From: Azolla caroliniana
Lineage: Eukaryota > Plantae > Polypodiophyta
DNA length: 64,000 nucleotides
Assembly: GCA_043228905.1 (NCBI GenBank)
Contig: JBHGNT010000016.1
Location: forward strand, 1,984,001 to 2,048,000
Direction: 5' to 3'
Below are positions 12,501 to 22,580 of this stretch, one piece after another. Every line of letters begins with the position of its first letter. Positions within the stretch are counted from its first letter, which is position 1. Position numbers and translations under genes: made by a program. The notes under the pieces were generated by a model. That model had not been told where the DNA came from and ran no database searches. It worked only from the letters and a program-made list of their open reading frames with translations.

Positions 12501-14548
12501 TCAGTTTCACGTCATTCTTGAGGGCAGTAGATAGTTTTTTCTTGCACTCTTCCAGAGCAGTGCTTCCATGAGGCCAATAACTTGAAAGCCAATTATCTAA
12601 TGACTCGTATGACTCTGGAAATATCACATTAAAAGCCAGATCTTCAAGCTCTGTAGAAACCTCTTTATTACCAGTTGCATGAGCAAGTGGAGCATGCACC
12701 TGCAACGCTTCCAGAGCCAATATTTGTTGGCGATACCTTGGAAGCTCATGTACATGTCTCATAAGATGTAGACGAGCTGAAAATTCTGTGATGATTGACC
12801 GGATATCATGGTATGAAAGACAAAATTGCCTAACTGCCCTTGCACTTTCTTCATCAAATAAATCCATTTGATCAAGTGTGCGTTGAAACCTCATGCAATC
12901 ATAAAGAACCCTACTGATGTCAGCACCAAGATCTTGACTGATGTCAGAAATGCTCACTAACCCTGCTTCAACTACAAAGCGGAGGAGACCCGCTGCAATT
13001 ACTGTACCATCCATCTGTATTTTCAAGGATTGTGTGAGAGATAGCGCACATATGGTAACAATTCCTCAAAAAACAAATATTTAACCATGTTTATACGTTG
13101 TTATAGGTTCACCGTTTAGCACATAAGATACTATTCATATCCTCTGTATCAAATGTTTAGGGACATGAAAGAACCTTTGCATTCAAAGAGTATATATCCT
13201 AAGTGTAATCAAATCAAAGAGTTCAAAATCATAACCCTAACCAAATCAAACCATTTGCAAGTTGCAATACAGAAGAAGGCATTTAGGGGCTCCCACAACA
13301 AAGCAATACATGAAAGAACCTTTGAATCTAAAGATAAAACCATGAGCCTATCTAAATTAAAACTTTTGACACATAGCAATAAATAAGACACCATTTAGGG
13401 ACTTCGTTGGCATAGTTACTCACACCAAGTTATGAAAGAATCTTGGACATTAAAGAGTCAATCGTAAGCCTAACCAAATCAAATGTATTTACAAGCTGCA
13501 ATGCATAAGAAGGCCATAGGGGTTATTTTAACATAATGAGGGTTTATATTTTAATTACCTGTAGCTCAGCGAGTGTGTATGCTATTGATAAGGAGCACAC
13601 AAGAATTGATCGGCCATTGTTGGGAGATCTTCGTATCGCTGATAATGTTAGCTTTAATGCTGACATTAATTGTTGCATAGCCTTCCCAGATTTTATAGAA
13701 GGAGATAACCTTCCTGATAAACCATCCCAAGCTGTTGTAAGGTCAGCAACTAACTGACCGCCCTCTGGAAGTGTAGATATTCTCACCGGCCACGGCTCCT
13801 GATACGGAACTAGCTTTTCAGTTCCAACAGAGGTTGCCTCTTGACTGCCAACAAGATCGATTACTTCAGAAATACTTCCATCCATTTGATTCTCCCTTCT
13901 AATAAATTCTTCACATGCTCTGCCATTTGATTCAGCTAGGTTAGAAGCATCACCTTCAGATCTATACTGAACTTCTTTGCTTGTCATGGCCTCTACATTC
14001 AAACTGTTATTTTCAGTCCAAGATTGTAAATCATCCAGCCTCATTATAGCATCTTTGTGCTTCTTTCTCTTCTTTGATCCAAATTTACCTTTTTTTCTCA
14101 AAAGACCGATCTCTTCTTCTAAATCGAGATCTTTCCCTACCACTTCAATTCTGCGAGGGCCACTTGAACCACCGTCGTCAATGGTAAAAACAGGTTCATC
14201 AGAATGCCTATCAAGAACCAATGCACTCGGATCTTCTACACTCTGAGCTTCTACAACACGCCCATTATTTAAGAGTACATTTCCATTACTAGAGCTCAAA
14301 ATTCGTTCTAGCTTTTCGAATTGTTTAGATCTCCTTCTTCTTCTCAAAGAAGAAACATGTCTTGAAGGATTACATTGGGCTGTGGATCCTAACATCGGGG
14401 AGCGTTTTCCCATCACTTTTTCTAAATATAAAGGAAGACGAGCGAAGCCTGAAAGACTTTTCTCATGTCTTTCAGAGCAACGACCAATGCTCATCAAGAA
14501 TGCAGAAAACTGAGGTGTACAGATACCATTTGCAAGAGATAAAGGCAT
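6510..14548 (-). CDS. CRSH: Ca2+-activated RelA/SpoT homologue (CRSH/RSH4 type): degenerate HD domain, ppGpp synthetase and 2 EF-hands, with a C-terminal HAT/TPR repeat array; 12 exons, about 1318 aa
   Basis: Exons are 14548-13559, 13014-12073, 11983-11699, 11456-10893, 10816-10750, 9944-9766, 9640-9383, 9230-9129, 9016-8906, 7329-7228, 7019-6918 and 6764-6510. All introns are GT-AG and phase-compatible. Synthetase motifs: RLKSRFSTMKKL, YDIMGLRIVV, RLKDYISKPKPNGYKSLH, ELQIRT. EF loops: DKNNDGEISMTE and DTNRDGSVSAEE. HAT-type repeats: AWARLEEQLGNWKEARDLL, AWALFENRQG, AWAVMEDASGNYDKARELF. Confidence 0.9.
7522..7920. mobile_element. Non-autonomous hAT-type MITE (family A) in a CRSH intron
   Basis: Ends are CATAGTT...ACAACAATG. 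The 8-bp flanks are GTTCCACC / GTTCCACA (7/8 match). There are many internal GTATTCTAC motifs, and a second copy lies at 49474-49861. Confidence 0.82.
10259..10435. repeat. Diverged direct repeat of about 55-60 bp in a CRSH intron
   Basis: TCAAGACATGTTACCTA.CCAGACT...GGTGGTACA.GATGG...GACAG occurs at about 10260 and about 10376. Confidence 0.7.
13157..13522. repeat. Three degenerate tandem units of about 120-150 bp in CRSH intron 1
   Basis: ATGAAAGAA(C/T)C...CCTA.C.AAAT.AAA...TAGGG recurs at about 13166, 13310 and 13432. Confidence 0.65.
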
Positions 14549-15237
14549 GATCAAATAAGAAAACAAAAGCAAAGAAGCGAGAGGAGTTTAGTTTCTTTGA
14601 CACTGATTTACGTCCAGGAACTGACCTGAATTCTCTTCCGTGATGAGCTGATTTCTCTTCTATAACGTGTATGGAAGGATTTCTCTCCTGTCACACGAAG
14701 TGTATGGAATAATGGATGGATTTTCTCTCTAGTATGAATGTGAAACTTTCTTCGTTGAGCACCTGGTTTCTCTATTTTCAGGTGAGCTGTGTATAACAGA
14801 AGGATTAGTCCTCCGTGAGATTGTGAATGTCTAGACTTCTATCCAGTTCTGCTGCAAAGAAGCTTCGTTGGCACAATCGTATTCTCTGATGACCTGGTTT
14901 CTCTTGTCACATTCTGTGGATGGATGGATTTCTCTCCCGTGCGAATGCAAATCTTCTCAAGGACGCTCCTTTGGATATGATCAAGTGAACACTAACCCTA
15001 TTCCTCCCTTCAAACACTGTACATGGACGGACGTCTATCCTTACGCACTGATGCAAAGATTCTTAGGAAAGCTTCTTGGACATAGACTCTCGCTGAGGGG
15101 GGGATTTCTTCTTCTGTCACACGGGGCGGCGGTGTTTAATGAAGGAATTTCTTTCACAGGAGCGTTCTTGGATCACAATGCCACAAATGAAAGGGATTAT
15201 TTCTACAAAGGTTCTCGAACAATCCTTCTACTTCCTT

Positions 15238-15332
15238 CTCCTCTTCCTCTTCCTCTTCTTCTTCTTCTTCTTCTTCTTCTTCTTCTTCTTCTTCTTCTTC
15301 TTCTTCTTCTTCTTCTTCGTCTTCTTCTTCTT
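15238..15332. repeat. (CTT)n microsatellite in the putative CRSH 5' leader
   Basis: Long, nearly pure CTT run. It produces the spurious poly-L/F/R ORFs in the track. Confidence 0.95.
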
Positions 15333-15664
15333 CGGTAACTTTGGTTAGGAATCAGGTGCTCTGCTTGTGCACCTCTCAGGGAAGGGGATGGATTCACCAA
15401 TACTGCTGTGTTGAGAATCTTCTTGAGAATGTTCTAGAAGAAGCTTCCCGCTTCGATTCTAGAAAATTCTAGAAGAAGCAGGCGATGGCGATGGCGATGG
15501 CGATGGCGATGGATAAGTGGGTCGAGAATGGTGCAGAGAAATTTCTCAGAGAGACATTCTGAGGAAGAGGAAGAGGAAGAAAGAGAAAGTGAGTGAGTGA
15601 GTTGTGTTTAATTACATTAGTAGCCACACAAAATCCGAAAACTCGTGGCTCCAGAAAATGCCCG

Positions 15665-15687
15665 TGACGTGGCTACGGCTGACGTGG
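15665..15687. promoter_or_regulatory. Tandem TGACGTGG (ACGT-core, bZIP-type) elements upstream of CRSH
   Basis: There are two exact TGACGTGG copies at 15665 and 15680. They lie just upstream of the CT-rich start of the putative leader on the minus strand. Confidence 0.5.
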
Positions 15688-16798
15688 AGGCTGCGCTGCT
15701 CTCCACAATTTTTGAAATGAGTTTTTTCTTTTTCTGTTTCTGTGTTTTTTTTCTGAATAATTATGTGTGTTATGTATGTACATTATATGACCAAAAAACA
15801 CTACAAATTACAATACAATTACATATGGTATGTAATAAATATCTCGTTCTACGGCCCATATAAACTTATAAGTTATAATGCCCCACACCCCTCGCCCTAA
15901 AAACTATGTATTACATACTTCTTCTACACACACACACACATATTTTCGGTAGATAATCCACGTATAAATCTTGTGTACCAATACCCTTCTGTTGGTCGTG
16001 AATATATATATGCATATGATTGCTCCACCACACACACACACACACACACTATACACACATGTCTGACATATGCATCACGTCCAAACCTTTCTCTATGAAG
16101 CAGTTTCATTGGAAGTGTGGGCAATCTCTAATAAGAACCATCGATTCTTTGTTGTGCGTGTGGCCGTGTTTGACCTTTGAAGACAATAATAAAATACCCC
16201 TCTCTCAATTTGGTGGTTTATACTCTAGACACTAAGTCATAATTTTGAGAAACCCCAAGCTCAACCTTGGCCATGGTCTATGCCCCATCTCATAGATCAA
16301 ATTTTGTTTCTCATGGATGTTAAAAACTTAAAAATAGATCTCCCCTTCTATATATCATAGCAAGTTGTTATCAAACTAGTTGACATAAGGCAGACTCCTC
16401 TTGAGATAATTTGCCTTTGAAGCTTCGTCGCTACAACTACCAAATTAATTTTACCTCAAAGCCTACATACTTGGTGTGGCACTCCACGGACACCATTGAA
16501 CAGGAACTCATTTCTCATATTCCGATAATAGCACAAAACCCAAAACCTAAGGCAGTAGACACAAAGAGTATGCAATTTGGAAGACAAAACTTTGGCTACC
16601 AAAGTGAAAGCCCATTAATAAATGGCAATAAGAATATCCTAGTTAACAATGCCCAATGCCACAACATGACACTCTTAATGAGATGAAAGAAATAGGTTAT
16701 GTTTAGTTCCATTTACATGGGTTTTAATTTGTGGTAGTTGGTTTCAATGTGTTGCCAATTGAAGAGCATGAAAAAATATGTTGTAGCAAAGACAAAAT

Positions 16799-16802
<4 letters not shown>

Positions 16803-16848
<46 letters not shown>
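16803..16848. repeat. (AG)n microsatellite
   Basis: Read directly from the sequence. Confidence 0.9.
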
Positions 16849-16849
<1 letters not shown>

Positions 16850-17113
16850 AGGGGGGTGGGGGAAGTTTCAATTGGTGATAATGTTACGTACACATGTTTG
16901 TACTAAACTTTCAATAAAATATTGTTATGGCAATGGAGCATGATCTCCAAAGTTGGAATGGTTGAGGAATAAGATGAATCTTCCTTACCCATATGTTGAT
17001 TCGTTAAAAAAATAAAATCGCATGCTATAATAACAAATTGATATCATCAATTTGATGGCAATCCATTACATTACAATTTGGATTTGTCAAATTGCCACGA
17101 GAATCCTTTATGA

Positions 17114-19129
17114 TTACAGGTTGATAGGAATTTGTGAGGGAGTTCTCAATGGGGCCGAGTAAATCATTACATTGCCATCATCACCCGTGCAAACAATATA
17201 CTCCTTATCTTTAATCACTGCCATATTTATGCATCGAATTGCTCCTCCATTTTCAGATGCTCCTAACCCATACAAACACTTACCACTTGTAATATCATGG
17301 ACAAGAAGAGATCCATCACCACTACCACTCCACGCAAAGGGCCCTACAATTTGAAAACACTATCAATAAAATCTCTCTTCATTATCTAGGCAATTAAAGA
17401 ACCTTGAGGTAGGTAATCTTATGAACAACATGACTAATGCTAAAGATACTATTCACTTTTTCCCATATTAAATGTAGAATATGAAAAAAACTATGTAAGA
17501 ATGAGATACCTGAGGCAAAGAGGCTATATATAAAATCTCGATGTCCGGTTAGAGTATGAACAACTTGAAAAGAAGACCTAGGATCGAGGACTTTCATCAA
17601 TTTGTCTGCACCACCTGTGACAATCAATGGGTAGCTAGAGGAAGAGTTTTGAGATACACTGATGCAAGACAAGGCGCCTTGGGCTTTGGTTGAGCTGGAA
17701 ATAGAAAAAAGGAACGAGTTTGAATAAAGATTAAACCAAAGCCTTGAGAAACATCAAATTGTTGTTTATTGTCTTAATTATGCCAATATGTAAATACGGC
17801 AAATGTAAGGTCCAAGTAGTTTTTTCAACTGCAAATTGATTCTAATTACAAGATTTACATCCATTTCATAAGCATCGCCGAGAAGTTCTAATCAAATATT
17901 AACCAATGGAGTCAAATTGAGTTATTGAGAGAAGAACATGATAATGGTCACACCCATATAAAGTCTCCAAATGCCCAACTTCTCCGATAACTTCACAATA
18001 GTTTCATAACAATCACTCATCATTTACTTAAGCAAACTTTGGGCCTATGTATGCTAAAGAAAAACTTGCAACAATGATATAATTACCTATGTAGGAGTCG
18101 AGAATGTACTGGCGAGTTGGTTCTACAATCCCACACCTTCAAGACACCGTCTTGTCCACCACTAAGGTAGAGCTCTTGGGCACCACCAACACCACTCTTC
18201 AACACTTCGAGCGAAGTTACGTGACCACGATGGGCAGACTTATGATGCACAAGAAGCGACGCCGAGGAATGGCCAATGTCCCACACAATGACTCCACCGT
18301 CTCGCCCACCACTAACCACACACGTTTTGCCACTATCGGCCCCGCCCACAGCGAGCATCATAACTGCCCCTACATGGCCCCGCATCGTCGCCACGTGCTT
18401 CCCGTCATCCCGTCCCACGTCCCACAACATCAACGACTTGTCGTAGCTCGAACTCACGGCCATCGATTTCATAGCACTACCATTCATGCCATTATCCGTA
18501 AATGCTTTCACACCCGAGATGGATGCGGTGTGGCTACCGCCCTTGAGCTCACGGCACCGAGGAGGGGGCGTGGAGGTGGAGGAGTCCCAGAGGAAGAGCT
18601 TGGAGTCCATGCCCCCGCTGAGGAGGCGGCCGTCCGGAAGGTGTGAAACCGAGGTTACCCACTCGGAGTGGCCGCCTCCGCCGCTTCTAATAATGCTGTT
18701 GCTGTTGTTTCTTCTAGTGTAGTAGAGTAGGTGGCGGAGAGTGGCGGAGGGGATGTGGACGGTGTAGATGGCGTGGTCGGAGGATCCAACGGCAGCCATG
18801 TCGCCCATGACGCTCATGCACAGGCTCGGCCTGTCGGAGAGGCTGACCACCGCTCCGGCCTGCGCCGGGGGGCCCTCCCTCCACACGTGGGAGGCCTGTG
18901 ATGGCACGTGAGAGCTCGGAATCCGCGGCTCTGGAACCATCTTACATCTGGATTTAAGCCCATCACACAGACTTAATGCTTCTTCTTCTTCTTCTTCTTC
19001 TTCTTCTTCTTGAGGTTTTCCTGGAGCAGAGAACGTGCAGGGCATTTTCGCCCTCGCCATCACCGTGGTGCGTCCACGTGCAGTGTTCTGCCTGCTTCCG
19101 CTTCCGCTTCCGCCTCCCCTTCTCATCAT
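17114..19129 (-). CDS. WD40-repeat beta-propeller protein, 3 exons
   Basis: Exons 19129-18087, 17694-17510 and 17343-17114 are GT-AG and frame-preserving. Repeats include GHSEWVTSV...SGGMDSKLFLWD, SSSYDKSLMLWD, SGGRDGGVIVWD, SGGQDGVLKVWD, TGGADKLMKVLD, SGSGDGSLLVHD and TGDDGNVMIY. The start codon choice is uncertain. Confidence 0.88.
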
Positions 19130-19404
19130 GCCTTTGCTTCCTCCTTTTTCTTTTCTTGGCCACAATCTCTCTTTGTCTTGTCTGCCCACTTTACTGCGCC
19201 GGTAGAAAGGCTGGTGGTTTCCTCCGGTTTAATGTTTCGTGTTCACACCTTTGTGCGTTCTTCATTACTCCGACCGGCTCTTCGTTTCTGGATCCCAATG
19301 CTCCCAACGGAAGAAGAGCGTGATCGGGCTAGTTGGTTCTACACCGAAGCAATAGTAGTCAGCAACAACTGTTTTTTCTAATTCTGAAACTTCAAAATTC
19401 AAAG

Positions 19405-19643
19405 CATAGTATGAACCATACGTGCATTCGCATTAGAGAATGTTTCAAGCATTCGAGGTTTGGTAAACACCTTCCAAGTACGGTAAATACCATACTTTTG
19501 TATTAGTTATTTATTATAATGTAAGAAAGTTAAGATAATGTGTAAAAAAATACATACAAATGTTTTGATAACATACACATTCGTTTGCATTCATATGAAA
19601 AAAAGAATGTTTGCCAATGTATTCAAGTATATTACGTACTATG
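19405..19643. mobile_element. hAT-type MITE (family B) upstream of the WD40 gene
   Basis: TIRs are CATAGTA...TACTATG. The 8-bp flanks are ATTCAAAG / CTTCAAAG (7/8 match). A related copy lies at 52416-52545. Confidence 0.7.
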
Positions 19644-19789
19644 CTTCAAAGTGTACCATGAAACCAAACCATTGCCAATTACGATATGAGAATATAGTTC
19701 TCTAGTCATGATGCCTAATTGGTGCCAAAACAAAACAAAACGCCCAATACCTAAGGCTTGGGTCTAGACTTTGAAAGAAAGGGTTTAGA

Positions 19790-20590
19790 GATGCTAACAG
19801 TCAAATGGTTTCTTTTTGTAAAATTAGATAGGGAATTCCAACAAAGGAATAATCCAATTATGCCGGTCGCAGCTAAGGTATGGTTAAGTAATAGTATTCC
19901 TATGCATTTAGTATTGGCGTTTTGGAAATGGTTGTTGTGGCCTCAGTTGATTCCTCACAAAATCATAACATTTAGATGGTTATGTGTCCACTATGCACTT
20001 CCAATCTTGGAATGGGTGCATAGGGAAGAGGGAATCAAAACTTGCTCTTTTTGTGGGTCTCATTTGGAATCAATGCAACTTATGGAATTGTATGGCTACA
20101 TGTTTTGTTTGGAAAACGTATGTTGCGCCTCATTGATGTTGCATATGGACCTAATGTGATTACATTGGGAAATGTCGTTTGGATGGATGTAAATGTGGAT
20201 AAGCATAATTATGAAATGGAAAATATATTAATTACCCTTCAAACTAGGGAAGGCAAGTTAAGGACATACCATATTCAAGCTCAAATTGGTTGAATGTGGA
20301 TGCTACATTATCAATTGGTGGTTTTGTGGAATATTTGGATAGATCGATGCAAAATTGTGTTCCAGCAAATAACACAAAATACAATTCATTGTGTGAAGGA
20401 AATTCGGTTGATGCTTATTTCATTTTTAAAAGGTCAATATGACTCCTTCATTGGTAATGAAACTACCATTTTTCTGAAACAACAATCCTTCAAAGGCAAG
20501 TGGAAGGATTTGTTTGTCTTTGTGGAGAGAAATGACAAAATGGTCTAGCAATATGTACCCACTTCATGGTTGTTTTCGCCATAGGTGGAG
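19790..20590 (+). mobile_element. LINE 3'-end remnant (zf-RVT region)
   Basis: Frameshifted fragments read KIITFRWLCVHYALP...CSFCGSHLES and VVLWNIWIDRCKIVF, typical of plant L1 C-termini. Confidence 0.75.
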
Positions 20591-21553
20591 TTTGGTTTCA
20601 ATTATGACATAGTGGGGGATATACCTTTTTCTATGTTATCTTACCCTCCACTAAATTGTAGCATTATATGCTTAGTATACTCTTATTGGGTTGGTAATGG
20701 AAACTATGGTGTAGTTTTGTTATATGTTCACATTGCAACACAAATTTTTCGCGTGCCACTTATGCACACGATTCCCTCATCAAATATTTTTGGCTTTTGG
20801 GTTGGTGGTTTACGATACATCATCAAAAGTTATAATTTTGAGAGAACCCAAGTTGGATCCTTGCGATCGGCTAGGCCTTGTCTCATAGATCATAATCAGT
20901 TTCTCTTAAAAATATATGTATATATCTGTCTTTCTATGTTGATTGATCGATGTATTTGGTGTTTTAAATTTGATTTGGTCAACTTTTATTCCCCATGAAA
21001 TTGGTGATCATATTTATAAATTTGTCTTGTTTTGTAGGACATGTGAAAAACCAAAATGTGTGGTATAAAAACATGAATGCATGCCTATTTTTCATACAAA
21101 AGGAGGGTAGTATAATACATTCAAATTTTGTTGTTTGCTTGAAAGGTCTTGGGCTAAAACTCATATAATCGTATCCTATTTCACATCACTTTTGATCATC
21201 ATTTCACACATGAATTCAGAAACTCAACTGAATATCCATTGAAATAGAAACATAGAGAAAGGGCATTAGGACGCAAAGCTAGGGACAGAATCCCCAAATT
21301 TAGAGGGTGTAGAACATGTATTAGTATCTATTCTATTTCCAGATGAGCCAAGCTACTACCTACAAGTTGCCGGCTCATTCTTCAGCTAGAGTTCTAGTCA
21401 ATCAAATATTGAGGAGTCCATTGGGCGTAAACGTTGGAAGGGCATGGACGATTCAAATCCATGCGATGCGATCCGATAAACATTTCTGATGCCAATCGCC
21501 AAACAAATTTGACAAGATGACCATTGTGTTAGACTGAAAGCCTAAAGCTATGT

Positions 21554-22333
21554 AATCAATCAATCATAGGGAACTATGGAAGGAATAGGCAGAGAATTAG
21601 GATATATGCCACTTCCCATCAATTTCGGAAGACTTCATTCTTTTAAAGAACTTTTTGATATTTGGTCGTATTCTTGGAGCCACCTCATGCTACGTATGGT
21701 TATTCAATGCGCTATGATTATGGGGATTGTGAACTATATAGGGATATCACAACATAATGTGTTCTTCGACCAACCCGCTTTGAACGAATTCTTTGTCGTC
21801 AAGTATTCTCTCGTGTAGTGAATGTACTATCATATGTTTGCTCAATGATATTATAAAGAATTCTCTTGGCAAATTGACAAATCCAAATGTTAATGTAATG
21901 GATTGCCATCAAATTGAGGATGTCAACATTGTTATTATAGGATGAGATTTAATTATTTAAAGAATCAACATATGGATAAGGAAGATCTATCTTACTCCTT
22001 GACCATTCAAACTTTGGAGTTCATGCTCCATTTGTTTCATGCTCTTCAATTGACAACACATTGAAACCAACTACCACAAGTTAAAACCCACGTAAATGGA
22101 ACTAAAAATAACCTATTTCTTTCATCTCATTAAGATTGTCATGTTGTGACATTGGGCGTCGTTAACTAGGATATTCTTATTGCCTTTTATTAATGGGCTT
22201 TCACTTTGGCAGCCAAAGTTTTCTCCTCCAAATTGTATACTCTTTGTGTCTACTACCTCCAAATCAATCAATCATAGGGCGCTATGGAAGGAATAGGCAG
22301 AGAATCAGGATATATGCCACTTCCCATCAATTT
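21554..22333. other. Composite insertion: 72-bp direct repeats flanking a LINE fragment and an inverted copy of the WD40 3' flank
   Basis: 21554-21625 matches 22262-22333. 21621-21852 matches 40792-41021. 21853-22258 matches the reverse complement of 16550-17111, less about 160 bp. Confidence 0.85.
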
Positions 22334-22580
22334 TGCTCACAACAGTTAATATCGGATGGAAGGCTGGGATAGGAACTCTTCTTCTGCACTCTGATTTGTG
22401 TGTGCCGGGGAAGCCAGGATGCAAATGGAAGGCCCTTCTTCTTCTTCTTCTTCTTCTCAGGTATCTAAATCGAAGATCCTCCCTACCTTTCCCTGATGGA
22501 GCATCGGAAAGCCTCAGATTTCTACCCATTCTGCCGCAGCTTTTTGTGGGCATGGCTCTTTTCCCCCGCACATCTACTTA

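Noticed and set aside
12067-13026. Bacterial relA/spoT acquired by recent horizontal transfer or contamination
   Set aside because: The gene has spliceosomal introns and EF-hands, and its motifs match the plant CRSH family.
14868-15400. ORFs with poly-Leu, poly-Phe or poly-Arg tracts
   Set aside because: They are artefacts of the (CTT)n microsatellite.
16773-16931. Segment missing from the inverted copy interpreted as a spliced intron (processed retrocopy)
   Set aside because: It has no GT-AG boundaries on the WD40 strand, so a simple deletion or insertion is more likely.
18104-19381. Plus-strand ORFs overlapping the WD40 exon
   Set aside because: They are antisense shadows of a GC-rich coding exon and contain no recognisable motifs.
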